A stretch of 64,000 bases of DNA from Candidatus Bathyarchaeota archaeon (GTDB taxonomy: Archaea; Thermoproteota; Bathyarchaeia; Bathyarchaeales; Bathycorpusculaceae). Where the stretch lies: NCBI GenBank assembly GCA_963828195.1, contig CAWHDT010000003.1:64001-128000 (forward strand), written 5' to 3'. Shown here one piece after another: positions 10,183-21,653 of the stretch (within the stretch, counting starts at the first letter, position 1; each line of letters starts with the position of its first letter). The position numbers and the translations under genes were made by a program. The notes beneath the pieces were generated by a model. It made no database searches and was not told where the DNA came from. It saw nothing but the letters and a program-made list of their open reading frames with translations.

Positions 10183-10434
10183 CTACTCTTGCTTGACTAA
10201 GGTATAATGCCCGTAAATTATTCGTTTAATAACTCGTTCAGGCAAAATTATAGTTGTTTCTTCTATTTCAGAAGAACTGGTTTCGCCCATGCTTTTTGAA
10301 ATAACTTGATCTGGGTCAAATTTCACAAAGGAACCAACAATCTCAACGTTTTTTGTTATATACTTTACGTCACCTAGTTCAGATGTGGTTTGAATCTGGT
10401 ACCAATCAGCTTTCCATTTTTTTTCTTTAGACAA
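10183..10434 (-). CDS. Hypothetical passenger protein
   Basis: 83 aa ORF with GGTGA RBS, convergent on the transposase remnant. Confidence 0.6.
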   Translation of the reverse strand: MSKEKKWKADWYQIQTTSELGDVKYITKNVEIVGSFVKFDPDQVISKSMGETSSSEIEETTIILPERVIKRIIYGHYTLVKQE

Positions 10435-10643
10435 GATGATTCACCTAGCTAAGTTGTTCGGCATCGGAAATTATAAGTTTGCGCTAAGTTAAATAACTTA
10501 ACAGTGCCCGACAAAGTAAACAAGTAACAGACGAATTTTCACAAGATAAATCAGCAGTCACAAACTTCACAGAATCAAAGTTAGGGTTCTGTAAAGTCTC
10601 TAAGGGATAGTTCTCCATGTAAACTTTTGAGGGATAATAAAAA

Positions 10644-10907
10644 CTAAGGGATTATTTTCCCATTTTCATCGTACTTCGTGATGGATACCGATTCCGTAGC
10701 ATGTGCTGTATCGTTTAAGCCAATTCCAACTGACCGAGTAGTTTTGCCACAGACATCGCACCTGTATTCGATATCTGCTTTCTGATGTAGCCCTTGTTCT
10801 GGTCTTGGAACATATTCAAGATACCCTCCATGGCTTGTTAGGTAAAGTTTGCCTTTTCCGCAAAATGGACAGCTCTCTCCTGTTAATTCTTTGATTTCAT
10901 TAACCAA
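10644..10907 (-). CDS. Small Zn-ribbon protein (passenger)
   Basis: CPFCG and CDVCG motifs; GGAGG RBS upstream. Confidence 0.65.
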   Translation of the reverse strand: MVNEIKELTGESCPFCGKGKLYLTSHGGYLEYVPRPEQGLHQKADIEYRCDVCGKTTRSVGIGLNDTAHATESVSITKYDENGKIIP

Positions 10908-11018
10908 TTAATCGCCTCCCTATTCCATTCCCTATCTTATTTCCCCTTTTTTAGGTTTTACTACTATTGAGGGAGAAAATAAGTGGAAAACCCTAATACA
11001 AAATGCCAGCAAGAAAGC

Positions 11019-11198
11019 CTAAGTCATTTTGCTGGTTAATTCACGTTTTAAATATGCTGTTACCATAGCTGGATTTTCGCCGCTCCCAACAATTGCAATT
11101 AATTCCCAACCATTTTTTCCCAATTTGTTGAGTGCCTCTACTTGTTTTGGGGCTTCATTACCCATTAGAGTAGTAACAGTGTATTCCCATTTCGCCAT
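11019..11198 (-). CDS. DUF4177-like small protein (59 aa, not in ORF track)
   Basis: MAKWEYTVTT...LNKLGKNGWELIAIV...YLKR; GAGGTGA RBS upstream of ATG. Confidence 0.7.
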   Translation of the reverse strand: MAKWEYTVTTLMGNEAPKQVEALNKLGKNGWELIAIVGSGENPAMVTAYLKRELTSKMT

Positions 11199-11442
11199 TT
11201 TTTCACCTCACATGCTTCTTTTAATTTAGGGCTAAGTTGGCTTAAAGTTTACCGTTGCCCAAAGTAAATCAGAACCCCTTCCGACCCACCCCACAACCAG
11301 AATGTCCTTCCGAAAATTAGCAGACGAATTTTCACAAGATAAATCGGCAGACGCAGACTTCACAGAACCACAGTTAGCAAGATTTATATGATTGCAGGCT
11401 ACCTTTGCAAGATAAAAACCCTCACGGGAAATTTACAGTTAG

Positions 11443-11757
11443 GTGCTTAATATGTCGGCAAATGTTACACCAATTAAAGATTTGCAGAATGGAATGAAAC
11501 GGGTCAGCGTTGAAGCAAAAGTTGTTGAAAAAGGCGACCCCCGAGAAGTCAGATCACGCTTTAAAGATGAAACCTACAAAATAGTTGACGCTGTAGTTGC
11601 AGACGAAACAGGCAGCGTAAAGCTGACACTGTGGAACGAACAGATCGACCTAGTTAACGTGGGCGACAACGTCAAAATCGACAATGGCTACGTGACCAGC
11701 TTCAAAGGCGAACTTCAACTTAACGTGGGCAAATTCGGAAAACTAGTCGTTGGGTAA
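11443..11757 (+). CDS. Single OB-fold ssDNA-binding protein (SSB/RPA-like)
   Basis: IKDL...VEAKVVEK..PREV, VADETGSVKLTLW, NGYVTSFKGELQLNVGKFG. Confidence 0.9.
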   Translation: MLNMSANVTPIKDLQNGMKRVSVEAKVVEKGDPREVRSRFKDETYKIVDAVVADETGSVKLTLWNEQIDLVNVGDNVKIDNGYVTSFKGELQLNVGKFGKLVVG

Positions 11758-11928
11758 AAACTCAATCAATAATGCCTCTTTTCTATTTTAATGATTTTTT
11801 TGTTTTTTCAAATGTTTTAAGACACGGTCTATTGGCGCCTAAAATGGGCTCGGATTTAGTCAAGAAATCTTGTGGCAATGAATCTTTACAAAAACTCTCT
11901 TAAGAGCACACGCAATACCGTTAATTGA

Positions 11929-13455
11929 GTGAGTGTTATGGCAAAGACCAAGGCTTTTTTGAGCGCATTTTTGATTGTCCTTATGGTTAGCGGGTTAGCT
12001 TTCGTTGGTACGATGCATTTTGGGGCGGCTCAAAGCGGCACAGACGTAAGTTACATAATAAGTCAAGATTCTACGTGGACGCCTGCAGGTAATCCATATA
12101 CGCTTACAGGTGACACTCTTGTGTATCAAGGGGTAACATTAACCATCGAGCCAGGCGTCACAGTGAATCTTGGAAGCTACTACATCGAAGTAAACGGCAC
12201 CCTAAACGCAGTCGGCGGTCCATCTGACAAGATAACCTTCAACGGCGGACAAATAACATTCACCGCTTCCAGCAACGGTTGGAATGAACAGACCGATTCC
12301 GGCTGCATAATCGAAAACTCCATTATCGACCAAACTTCAATATCCAGCATCAACCCCATAAAAATTGATAGCTGCATCATAAACACCCAAATCACCGTCG
12401 CTTCGTCAATAATAACAAACAACATAGTAACTGGCAACATTAATAGCCAATCAGCAATACCAACATTGGGGCAGACTAATGCCCCCGTAGATACATCGGT
12501 AATTTCAGGCAATAACGTCAACGGTAACATAATTGTTGGGGCAGTCTCTTTAGGCGCCATTACAGCACCTTCAGAAGCATGCACAGTTTCCGACAACACA
12601 GTTACGGGTTCAATCATATCGGGCAGCCCCCAAGGTACACCTCAAATATTCAACAATACCGTCAGTGGGGGAGGAACCGAGGGAGGAATCGTGTGTGTTG
12701 GTTATGGCTCTATTTTTAACAATTACGTCTATGGATGCCAGGAGGGCATTAATCTTTTCACTGAGAGAGTTTTCGGCGGTGAACTTCCCTGTTACGCAAC
12801 AGTCGAAAACAACTTGGCAGTCGATAATACTCAAGGCATCAACATTGAGCTTACTTCCGTTTTTGGACCCGGCACCATATGTCCCACAGTTCTAAACAAC
12901 ACAATTTCAGGAAATTCCGTCGGAATATACCTATCTGAGAACTATTACAATTCAACGCCAACCATTCAATATAACAATCTGCAAAACAACTCCAACTACA
13001 ATTTTAACTTAGCCGCACCCAACAACATCGATTTGACCTACAATTGGTGGGGAACAACCGACCCGTCAGCTATCAGCAGCTCAATTTACGATTACAACCA
13101 AGACTTCAATTTAGGTCAAGTAACCTTTACGCCTTTCTTGACCGCTCCAAACCCCGAAGCCGCTTTAAACCCAAATGAGCCAATACCAACGCCAGCGCCT
13201 ACCTCAACCCCAGTGCAGTCTACAGGTCCATCTACTAACCAAACATCAACACAATCGCCGAATCCCCCTTCTTCAACGCCTTCGAAAACCGCTCCTTCAT
13301 CAAGCGCTTCTCCCAGCTCGTCGCCTTTAGCTTTACAATCGCAGAAACCGAGCTCATCGCTACCCACATGGCTGATAGTTGCAGCCGTCGTGATAGCCTT
13401 CATAGTAGTGGCAATTGGAGCATTCTCGTTAGGAAAGAGAGCAAGACCGAAATAG
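11929..13455 (+). CDS. Secreted beta-helix surface protein with P/S/T linker and C-terminal TM
   Basis: Signal peptide, TWT...PY, LTIEPGV, YNWWGTTD, S/T/P-rich stalk. Confidence 0.8.
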   Translation: MSVMAKTKAFLSAFLIVLMVSGLAFVGTMHFGAAQSGTDVSYIISQDSTWTPAGNPYTLTGDTLVYQGVTLTIEPGVTVNLGSYYIEVNGTLNAVGGPSDKITFNGGQITFTASSNGWNEQTDSGCIIENSIIDQTSISSINPIKIDSCIINTQITVASSIITNNIVTGNINSQSAIPTLGQTNAPVDTSVISGNNVNGNIIVGAVSLGAITAPSEACTVSDNTVTGSIISGSPQGTPQIFNNTVSGGGTEGGIVCVGYGSIFNNYVYGCQEGINLFTERVFGGELPCYATVENNLAVDNTQGINIELTSVFGPGTICPTVLNNTISGNSVGIYLSENYYNSTPTIQYNNLQNNSNYNFNLAAPNNIDLTYNWWGTTDPSAISSSIYDYNQDFNLGQVTFTPFLTAPNPEAALNPNEPIPTPAPTSTPVQSTGPSTNQTSTQSPNPPSSTPSKTAPSSSASPSSSPLALQSQKPSSSLPTWLIVAAVVIAFIVVAIGAFSLGKRARPK

Positions 13456-13579
13456 CCATGGCACAGTAATTTTTTTTAAGCAACTGAAAATATATCAGGT
13501 TTAAATCACCATTTTTTTGGAAAATACTTATTAAATCAATTCTTCTTTGGGTCATTTCTCTTAGTTGTGGAGAAGCACC

Positions 13580-15559
13580 ATGCAGTTTCAACTTGTCGCG
13601 CCATTTCAAATCTCGCCCGGTCAGGAAAAGGCAGTTGACCAGCTGGTTAAGAACTTCGCCACGAAAGATGAGCAGACGCTCTTGGGGTTGACGGGCAGCG
13701 GCAAAACCTTTGTGATGGCAAACGTCATCAACCGCCTGCAGAAACCAACCCTAATAATATCTCACAACAAGATTTTGGCGGCGCAACTTTACAGTGAGTT
13801 GAAAGCTTTTTTTCCAAACAACCGCGTGGAGTACTTCATCAGCTTCTACGACTTCTACCAACCCGAATCCTACCTGCCTGCGCAGGACATGTACATAGAG
13901 AAAGATTCAAGCGTAAATGAACAAATAGAAAAAATGCGCATGCACGCCGTCTCCAGCGTAGTCAGCCGAAACGACACCATCATAGTTGCAAGCATAAGCT
14001 GCATCTACAGCCTTGGAAACCCCGAGGACTTCAGAGCTATGGCGCTGAACTTGGAAGTTGGAAAACCACTTACAAGGCAGGGGCTAATCCGCTCGTTGGT
14101 TGATATGCAGTATGAGCGAAATGACATGGTCCTGGAACCCGGAAGGTTCCGCGTAAGAGGGGAAACCGTCGATGTGGTGCCTTCGTATGAGAGCGATATT
14201 TTGCGGGTTGAATTGGACGGAAACAAAGTTGCTAAGCTAAAAGAAGTCCATTTGCTGACGGGCGACGTTAAGGTTACGCTTGATAAGCTTACGCTTTACC
14301 CTGCACGCCAGTACGTCGTGCCAGAAGAGAAGCATGCCTTGGCTCTTGAGGCGATTAAACAAGAATTAGAAACCAGACTTCCCAATCTTCCTCCGCTTGA
14401 GGCGCAGCGGCTAAAACAACGGACAAATTACGATTTGGAAATGATAAGGGAAGTCGGTTTCTGCGCGGGAATGGAGAACTACAGCCGCCACTTTGACGGA
14501 CGCAAGCCGGGTGAGCCCCCGTTCACTTTGATGGATTATTTCCCTAAAGATTATCTTTTGATTATTGATGAAAGTCACCAGAGTATTCCTCAAGCCCACG
14601 CCATGTACAACGGTGACTACTCAAGAAAAAAGAACCTCGTAGACTTCGGCTTCAGACTCCCCAGCGCACTGGACAACAGACCTCTCAAGTTTGAGGAGTT
14701 CGAGCGGAAAATGGGCAAAACCCTCTTCGCATCCGCAACCCCCGCCGAGTACGAACTGGAAAAAAGCGGACCACCTGTTCAATTAATAACTCGGCCCACA
14801 GGTCTTTTAGACCCCGAAGTCGAAATTCACCCAATCGCTGGGCAGATGCAGCATTTAATGGCTGAAGCAAAGAAAACCATTGAGCGCGGAGACCGCGTTT
14901 TAGTTACAACGTTGACGAAGCGGATGGCTGAAGACTTGGCGGATTACCTTGTTAAGGAAGGTTTTCGCGTCCGCTACATGCACTCCGACATTGAAAGCTT
15001 AGACAGAATAGAGCTGGTGCGTGAGCTGCGTGTGGGCGAATTCGACATTTTAGTCGGCATCAACCTGCTCCGTGAAGGCTTAGATATTCCTGAGGTGGCA
15101 ACCATCTTCATCTTAGACGCTGACAAGGAGGGTTTTCTGCGGGACGAGCGGAGCCTCATCCAGACCATTGGGCGAGCGGCAAGAAACGTCAACGGCAGAG
15201 TCGTACTGTATGCTGACGTGGAAACGGCGTCAATTAAGCGAGCTATGAAAATAACAAAGCAACGTCGCGAATTTCAGAAACGGTTCAACAAAATCCACCA
15301 CATCACGCCTAAAACAATCGTTAAGAGTGTTTCCTTAAAAGAAAGCAAGATTAAAGGCACTAAGCACTTGGCGAAATCAGATATCCAGCACCAACTGATT
15401 GAGTTGGACGCGCAGATGAGGGCGTCCGCGGAGAAACTGGATTTTGAGCGGGCTATTGAACTTCGGGATACGATTACAGAGTTGAATTTGGCGTTGGCTA
15501 AGAAAGTGGAAAGTGAAGTGTATAACCAGAAAAAGATGGCTTTAGAGCAAAAAGGTTGA
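13580..15559 (+). CDS. uvrB: Excinuclease ABC subunit B
   Basis: GLTGSGKT, YDFYQPESY, IDESH, GINLLREGLDIPEV, QTIGRAARN. Confidence 0.97.
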   Translation: MQFQLVAPFQISPGQEKAVDQLVKNFATKDEQTLLGLTGSGKTFVMANVINRLQKPTLIISHNKILAAQLYSELKAFFPNNRVEYFISFYDFYQPESYLPAQDMYIEKDSSVNEQIEKMRMHAVSSVVSRNDTIIVASISCIYSLGNPEDFRAMALNLEVGKPLTRQGLIRSLVDMQYERNDMVLEPGRFRVRGETVDVVPSYESDILRVELDGNKVAKLKEVHLLTGDVKVTLDKLTLYPARQYVVPEEKHALALEAIKQELETRLPNLPPLEAQRLKQRTNYDLEMIREVGFCAGMENYSRHFDGRKPGEPPFTLMDYFPKDYLLIIDESHQSIPQAHAMYNGDYSRKKNLVDFGFRLPSALDNRPLKFEEFERKMGKTLFASATPAEYELEKSGPPVQLITRPTGLLDPEVEIHPIAGQMQHLMAEAKKTIERGDRVLVTTLTKRMAEDLADYLVKEGFRVRYMHSDIESLDRIELVRELRVGEFDILVGINLLREGLDIPEVATIFILDADKEGFLRDERSLIQTIGRAARNVNGRVVLYADVETASIKRAMKITKQRREFQKRFNKIHHITPKTIVKSVSLKESKIKGTKHLAKSDIQHQLIELDAQMRASAEKLDFERAIELRDTITELNLALAKKVESEVYNQKKMALEQKG

Positions 15560-15619
15560 AATCTTTCGTGATAAAACAGGGTATAATTTGAGAAGTGGAG
15601 AAGAGCACAGGTTTACGTT

Positions 15620-18523
15620 ATGAGAGATACTATTTCAATTAAGGGCGCAAGGGAACATAACCTCAAAAACATCGATGTGGACTTGCCCAGAAACAAGTTT
15701 ATAGTTATCACTGGGCTCTCAGGCTCAGGAAAATCCACTCTTGCATTTGACACCCTATACGCTGAAGGCCAAAGACGCTATGTTGAAAGCCTCTCAGCTT
15801 ATGCTAGGCAATTTCTCGGCTTAATGGATAAGCCAGATGTAGACTCTATCGACGGGTTATCTCCCGCAATCTCCATCGAGCAGAAAAGCACCAGCAAAAA
15901 CCCCCGCTCAACCGTCGGCACAGTAACCGAAATATATGATTACCTAAGGCTGCTTTTCGCCCGCATCGGCGTGCATCACTGCCCAAAATGCGGCAGCTCA
16001 ATTCACCCTCAGAGCCCCGAAAACATCACCAGCCTGGTTATGGCTGAGAAAAGAAAAACCCTTGTTTTTTTGGCTCCGATAATTCGGGGCATAAAGGGAA
16101 CGCATGAGCAAGTTTTTGAAGACCTAAAGAAGCAGGGGTACACCAAAATACGTGCGGACCAGAAAATTTACGATTCAGACTCAATCAAAGAAGAAGTTAA
16201 GCTGGTACGCTACGAGAAACACTGGATTGAAGCCGTTATTGACACGGTGAAAATCGTTGACGAGGAGCGGTCACGCATTTCTGAGGCTGTGGAGCAGGCG
16301 CTTCAAGTCGGCAAAGGAACCATGATTGTTATCGACGCAGAAAAAGAAGCGGATGCGGAAAAGAAGAAGGAGCTAGAACGTTTCCAAGATGAAACCATGT
16401 ACAGCACCTTCGGAGCCTGCCCAAACCATCCCGAAATCGTGTTTGAAAGCCTCGAACCCCGCATGTTCTCATTTAACTCGCCCTTCGGCGCCTGCACAAC
16501 CTGCCATGGCCTGGGCGAAATCACAGAAATATCCCAAGACAAAGTTATCCCCGACAAAAACCTCTCCATAATGGATGGAGCACTGGCGATTTACGGCAGC
16601 ATGGATCTTAGCTGGAGGGCGCAGCAGCTTGCAACAGTTGGGAAAAAACACGGATTCGACGTTTTCACCCCGATAAAAGATTTTACTGAACAGCAACTGC
16701 ACGTGTTATTGTACGGCGATCGGGAACCTCTGACTGGTCAATGGTCTAATGGGGCAAGCATGTGGATGCGTGACGGCTGGGAAGGCGTAATCCCACAAAC
16801 CATGCGGCTTTATCGGCAGACAGAAAGTGCGTGGCGAAAGGAAGACATTGAAAAATTCATGACATCGCGACCATGCAACGCCTGCAAAGGCAAAAAACTT
16901 CAACCTGTGGTTCTTGCAGTCAAAATCTTGGATAAAAGCATCATCGACACGACGGACCTTTCAATTGAAGAAGCCGTTGAATTCTTCCAGAATCTACCCG
17001 CTAAGCTGAACGAGAAAGAATTAGCCATAGCTAAGCAGGTGCTAAAGGAAGTTAACGAGCGGTTGGGTTTTCTTAAGAACGTTGGGTTAGGCTATCTTTC
17101 GCTTTCCCGCGCGGCAAAAACGCTTTCGGGCGGCGAGGCGCAGAGAATCCGTTTGGCAACGCAAATCGGTAGCAACCTGATGGGGGTCCTCTACATTCTT
17201 GATGAACCCAGCATCGGCTTACACCAACGCGACAACACTAAACTCATCAGCACACTGCACCGCCTCCGCGATTTAGGCAACACCCTCATAGTTGTTGAGC
17301 ACGACGAGGAAACCATACGCAACGCGGACTACATCGTTGACATGGGACCAGGAGCAGGCGTCCACGGAGGACACATCGTCGCGGAGGGTTCGCCTGAGGA
17401 AATCATGGCGAATAAGCGCAGCCTCACGGGGAAATACCTTTCAGGCGAATTAAAAATTGAAGTTCCCGAAACAAGACGCCAACCAGTCGGCTACATCACC
17501 GTTAAAGGAGCACAAGAAAACAACCTCAAAAACCTCACCGTGCAGCTGCCTTTGGGAGTACTTTGCGGAGTTACAGGTGTTTCGGGTTCAGGCAAGAGCA
17601 CGCTGATGAATTTAACCACCATCCCCGTTTTGCGGCAAATGTTCGGCGAACACATCGACAAAGTAGGCAAACACGAATCCATCGAGGTTCCCCCATTCGT
17701 CAGAAACGTCATAGTTATCGACCAAGACCCAATCGGCAGAACCCCCAGAAGCAACCCAGCAACTTACACCAAGCTTTTTGACGAGATCAGACGAATTTTC
17801 GCTTCAACTAAAGAAGCTAAAGCACGCGGGTACAAGGAAGGGCGATTCAGCTTTAACGTGAAAGGCGGCAGATGCGAAACCTGCCAAGGCGATGGAGTGC
17901 TGCGTATAGAAATGAATTTTCTGCCCGACGTCTACGTTCAATGCAGCGACTGCAAAGGCAAACGATACAACAAAGAAACCCTCAGCATACTCTTTAAAGG
18001 CAAAAACATCGCTGAAGTATTAGACATGACCGTTGAGGAAGCAGCAAAGTTCTTTGAGAATACCCCGAGAATTTCGCGCAAACTAACCACGCTCTTAGAC
18101 GTGGGACTCGGCTACATTAAGCTTGGTCAAAGCTCAACTACGTTGTCTGGCGGGGAAAGCCAACGCATCAAAATCACCCGTGAACTCAGCAAAAACAAGT
18201 CTGGGCACGTGGTTTACATGCTTGACGAACCCACCACGGGGCTGCATTTCGACGACACGAAACGGCTAATTAAGGTGCTGAATCGACTGGTTGACAACGG
18301 CAACACCGTTTACATTATCGAGCACAACCTAGATGTGATTAAAAGCTGCGATTACCTAATCGATTTGGGTCCTGAAGGCGGAGCGGCAGGCGGGGAACTA
18401 CTCGCTAAAGGAACGCCTGAAGAAGTTGCGCAGATGGATGTATGTTACACTGGCATGTTTTTGAAGAAAATACTTAACCGTCCACAAGAAGAAATTAGTT
18501 TGGCAGTGAAGCAGCCTGCATGA
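15620..18523 (+). CDS. uvrA: Excinuclease ABC subunit A
   Basis: [17 protein letters not shown], two LSGGE signatures, Zn fingers. Confidence 0.97.
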   Translation: MRDTISIKGAREHNLKNIDVDLPRNKFIVITGLSGSGKSTLAFDTLYAEGQRRYVESLSAYARQFLGLMDKPDVDSIDGLSPAISIEQKSTSKNPRSTVGTVTEIYDYLRLLFARIGVHHCPKCGSSIHPQSPENITSLVMAEKRKTLVFLAPIIRGIKGTHEQVFEDLKKQGYTKIRADQKIYDSDSIKEEVKLVRYEKHWIEAVIDTVKIVDEERSRISEAVEQALQVGKGTMIVIDAEKEADAEKKKELERFQDETMYSTFGACPNHPEIVFESLEPRMFSFNSPFGACTTCHGLGEITEISQDKVIPDKNLSIMDGALAIYGSMDLSWRAQQLATVGKKHGFDVFTPIKDFTEQQLHVLLYGDREPLTGQWSNGASMWMRDGWEGVIPQTMRLYRQTESAWRKEDIEKFMTSRPCNACKGKKLQPVVLAVKILDKSIIDTTDLSIEEAVEFFQNLPAKLNEKELAIAKQVLKEVNERLGFLKNVGLGYLSLSRAAKTLSGGEAQRIRLATQIGSNLMGVLYILDEPSIGLHQRDNTKLISTLHRLRDLGNTLIVVEHDEETIRNADYIVDMGPGAGVHGGHIVAEGSPEEIMANKRSLTGKYLSGELKIEVPETRRQPVGYITVKGAQENNLKNLTVQLPLGVLCGVTGVSGSGKSTLMNLTTIPVLRQMFGEHIDKVGKHESIEVPPFVRNVIVIDQDPIGRTPRSNPATYTKLFDEIRRIFASTKEAKARGYKEGRFSFNVKGGRCETCQGDGVLRIEMNFLPDVYVQCSDCKGKRYNKETLSILFKGKNIAEVLDMTVEEAAKFFENTPRISRKLTTLLDVGLGYIKLGQSSTTLSGGESQRIKITRELSKNKSGHVVYMLDEPTTGLHFDDTKRLIKVLNRLVDNGNTVYIIEHNLDVIKSCDYLIDLGPEGGAAGGELLAKGTPEEVAQMDVCYTGMFLKKILNRPQEEISLAVKQPA

Positions 18524-20124
18524 TCCAAATAACGTGTCCCAAAGACTTCAAAAGCCAAAATATGCCGACAAACCCGGGAGTTTACCTCTTCAGGAACGAG
18601 CTGGACGAAATCCTATACATCGGCAAAGCCAAAAGCTTGCGTTCCCGCGTTAAAAGCTACTTCGCAAACACGGACCAACCTGCGAAAACGCGGCAGCTGG
18701 TTTCCAGAATCCGCAGCATCGACTGGATCATCGTCAACAACGAGGTTGAGGCACTTCTTTTGGAGAACAAGCTGGTTAAGCAGCATACGCCCAAATACAA
18801 TATTGATCTCAAAGACGCTAAAACCTTCGCATACATCTCGCTGACAAGAGAACCTTACCCAAGGATTCTGACCAGCCGCAAAGTCTCGCGTAAACTCGAA
18901 TCATTCGGACCTTACACTGAGGGCTTCATACGCCAGGACCTTCAGCGACTTGTAACGCGGGTCTTCAAACTACGCACCTGCAAAACAATGCATCAACGCG
19001 CATGCTTAAACTACCACATCCACATTTGCACTGCACCCTGCATCCAAAAAGCCACGGCAGAACAGTACGCTGAGCAGGTCAAACAGGCACGGTCTTTTCT
19101 AAACGGCAACTACCAGCAAACAATCGAAGCGCTTAACTCTCAGATGCAAACCGCCTCTGAGCAGCGGCAATACGAGACCGCGCTTGACCTACGCAACCAA
19201 ATCGCATCAATCCGCCTCCTGACGCAACATCAGATTGTTGACCATGAACGGCGATTTGACCAGGACATCATGGCGTTTAAACGGGTCAGCGAGAAGATGC
19301 TGACGGTGCAGATGGGCGTGCGCAAGGGCGTCTTGCGAGGAAAAACTCAGTTCACCGTTGATCTTCAACCCCAGATTGAACAGGAATTCCTAAAAGCCTT
19401 CTACACAACCAACCAAATCCCACGCGAAATACTGCTAAACAAGCCCTGCTGGCAGGAACCTGAAGAGAAAAAAGCACTCGAAGAATTCCTCTCCACAAAA
19501 AGGTTGGCGCCCGTTTCCCTGACGATTCCAAGAAGAGCGGATAAGCTTGCGCTTGTAAAGTTGGCGGAGAAAAATCTTGAGTCCACCTTGGAAGTGGATA
19601 GTGCACTTGTTGATTTGCAGGCTGCGGTTAACTTGCCTGTGCTGCCGCGTGTGATTGAGTGCTTTGATGTTTCCAACTTGGGACAGGAACACGTGGTTTC
19701 AGGCATGGTCAGCTTCCGTGACGCGAAGCCGGACAAGAAAAACTACCGCAAATTCAAAATCAAAACCTTCTTGGGTCAAGATGATTTTGCCGCTGTCAAC
19801 GAGGTCGTTGCCCGCCGATACAAACGTTTAACTGAAGAGAAGGGTCAACTTCCAGATTTAGTTATGATTGACGGGGGACCCGGTCAGGTGAGCGCCGCAA
19901 AAGCTGCGTTGCAAACGCTTGGACTGCAGATTCCGCTTATCGGCTTAGCTAAGGCGCATGAGGAAATCTATTTGCCAAACGAGCCCACACCAAAAATCTT
20001 TGACAAGAACAGCCGAATGATGCTTCTGCTCAGAAAAATCCGCGATGCCGCACATGACTTCTCGCTGAGCTACAATCTTAAGAGGCGGCAGATGAAGATT
20101 AGGGAAGAATTTAAGCATCGATGA
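18520..20124 (+). CDS. uvrC: Excinuclease ABC subunit C (no C-terminal HhH domain)
   Basis: GIY-YIG (PGVYLF...YIGKAKSLRSRV), IECFDVSN, IDGG; ends shortly after RDAAH. Confidence 0.95.
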   Translation: MIQITCPKDFKSQNMPTNPGVYLFRNELDEILYIGKAKSLRSRVKSYFANTDQPAKTRQLVSRIRSIDWIIVNNEVEALLLENKLVKQHTPKYNIDLKDAKTFAYISLTREPYPRILTSRKVSRKLESFGPYTEGFIRQDLQRLVTRVFKLRTCKTMHQRACLNYHIHICTAPCIQKATAEQYAEQVKQARSFLNGNYQQTIEALNSQMQTASEQRQYETALDLRNQIASIRLLTQHQIVDHERRFDQDIMAFKRVSEKMLTVQMGVRKGVLRGKTQFTVDLQPQIEQEFLKAFYTTNQIPREILLNKPCWQEPEEKKALEEFLSTKRLAPVSLTIPRRADKLALVKLAEKNLESTLEVDSALVDLQAAVNLPVLPRVIECFDVSNLGQEHVVSGMVSFRDAKPDKKNYRKFKIKTFLGQDDFAAVNEVVARRYKRLTEEKGQLPDLVMIDGGPGQVSAAKAALQTLGLQIPLIGLAKAHEEIYLPNEPTPKIFDKNSRMMLLLRKIRDAAHDFSLSYNLKRRQMKIREEFKHR

Positions 20125-20426
20125 ACAGTTAAAGCTCTTAGAAGCGCAAGGCATGAGCTACGTTTTGCCCGCCAGAGTAGTTAAGTAACAAGCAACCTGT
20201 AGAGGTAAAACTGCCTTAATCAATTAAAGCAAGGGCAAAAAGTTCGAAGGCTCATAAGTATCTTGTAATTAAATAGCAAATTGGCGCCTTATTTGACCAG
20301 TTTCCACCGCTTCTTAATTCTGTACCGTGCGTTATTTTGTATGTCGCAAAAGCGAATTGGCGAAAGCTTAAAAGTAAAAGTGGTGTAGATGTCGTTTCAC
20401 AACATGGAAGAGAGGATAGACTAAAA

Positions 20427-21653
20427 GTGCAAAAACTACGTATTATTTTAGTGTTAGTCACTATTGGATGCATTTTAGGACCCATCGGAACTGTCGCGAT
20501 AATGTACCGAAATAATATTAGCCAGATGGTCGTTCCACCTCAGCTTCAGCAATTATTGTCCAAAAACGACTCCAATAATAACGGTAATAATAACAATAAT
20601 AACAATAGTGGGAATAACAACAATAACAATAACGGAAATAATAACAATAATTCTACCCCAAATAACAACAATAACAACCCCGGTAGCCCTAACCCAAATA
20701 ATAACGGAAACACCGGGGATAATTCAGGAAACGTAAATAACAATAATTCACCGATATCCAATCCAACAAGCAGTTTTGGAAGCTCAGGTCAATTTGATGT
20801 AACCGTTCAATCCAGTGGGAGCCAAGTTTCGGACCAAATGATGGCAAACATAAATTGCCAGGTTGAGCAAAACGGAAATAACATCCAAATAAGTTTAGAC
20901 TTGTTCCCACAAAATGTCCCAAGCGATCTTACGTCAACATTTAATCCAAGCAATGATTATGTTTTTAACTTTGATGGAACAACAACCAGCTCATCTTCTG
21001 GCACGCAAATCACAGCAAATGCTCAAGGCAACCTTAATTCAGGAGGCGCATTTAACATCAACCTCAACGGAGCAATCGACCAAAATCAGGACACATTCAC
21101 ATTCGCGCTAACGTCTGCAGGCAACGCCCAAGCAAGCATCACCACTCCTCAGGAAATAAGCGCGTACCCCAACAACAATAACAACAATGGGAACAACAAC
21201 AACCCGACCAGTACGAACAATCCTAACAGCAGCAATAATCCGAATAGCAGCAACAATCCTAACAACAACAGTCAAAACGGGCTTAATCCAACTTTCACCA
21301 GCGGACAAATCAACACAGTACAAAAAACAATAACATTGACTTTCCAAGTAACCAACACTCTGAGTCAGTCAACGACAATAAACTCAATGGGCGGTACAAT
21401 AGAAATAACTGCCGATCAATATCAACTGGGAACGGGCAGCTCTAATGGCGCCGTTACGATTCCCCAAGGACAAACTGGAACCATAACAGTTTCAGGCACT
21501 TTGACCCAGAATGGTCTGAACTACTTAAATGCTCACTACAGCCACGTCTCTTCATTGGATGTTTCCGTTCTTAATGGTCAAATGACTGAAGACGGCGTTT
21601 CAAATCAATCAACGCAAGCCCAAGATATAGGGAGCGTATCGGTGACCTGGTGA
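20427..21653 (+). CDS. Membrane-anchored Asn-rich extracellular protein
   Basis: N-terminal TM (probable GTG start), two poly-Asn tracts encoded by AAT/AAC runs. Confidence 0.7.
   Translation: MQKLRIILVLVTIGCILGPIGTVAIMYRNNISQMVVPPQLQQLLSKNDSNNNGNNNNNNNSGNNNNNNNGNNNNNSTPNNNNNNPGSPNPNNNGNTGDNSGNVNNNNSPISNPTSSFGSSGQFDVTVQSSGSQVSDQMMANINCQVEQNGNNIQISLDLFPQNVPSDLTSTFNPSNDYVFNFDGTTTSSSSGTQITANAQGNLNSGGAFNINLNGAIDQNQDTFTFALTSAGNAQASITTPQEISAYPNNNNNNGNNNNPTSTNNPNSSNNPNSSNNPNNNSQNGLNPTFTSGQINTVQKTITLTFQVTNTLSQSTTINSMGGTIEITADQYQLGTGSSNGAVTIPQGQTGTITVSGTLTQNGLNYLNAHYSHVSSLDVSVLNGQMTEDGVSNQSTQAQDIGSVSVTW

Larger units (their letters stand above)
10585..11369. mobile_element. Non-autonomous IS6-family derivative (785 bp) carrying passenger genes
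   Basis: TIRs GGTTCTGTAAAGTCT (10585-10599) and AGACTTCACAGAACC (11355-11369), 14/15 match; flanks AAAGTTAG / ACAGTTAG (8-bp TSD, 7/8); internal transposase 3' remnant TIEGENKWKTLIQNASK at ~10963-11015. Confidence 0.75.

Noticed and set aside
10495-11377. CRISPR array or integron cassette array
   Set aside because: Only two long terminal repeats with gene-sized spacing; they are explained by IS6-type TIRs and TSD, and there is no cas or integrase gene.
13580-20124. Genome-wide UGA reassignment
   Set aside because: uvrB, uvrA and uvrC and other genes end at TGA at plausible C-termini, some overlapping the next start codon, so UGA is a normal stop and recoding is site-specific.
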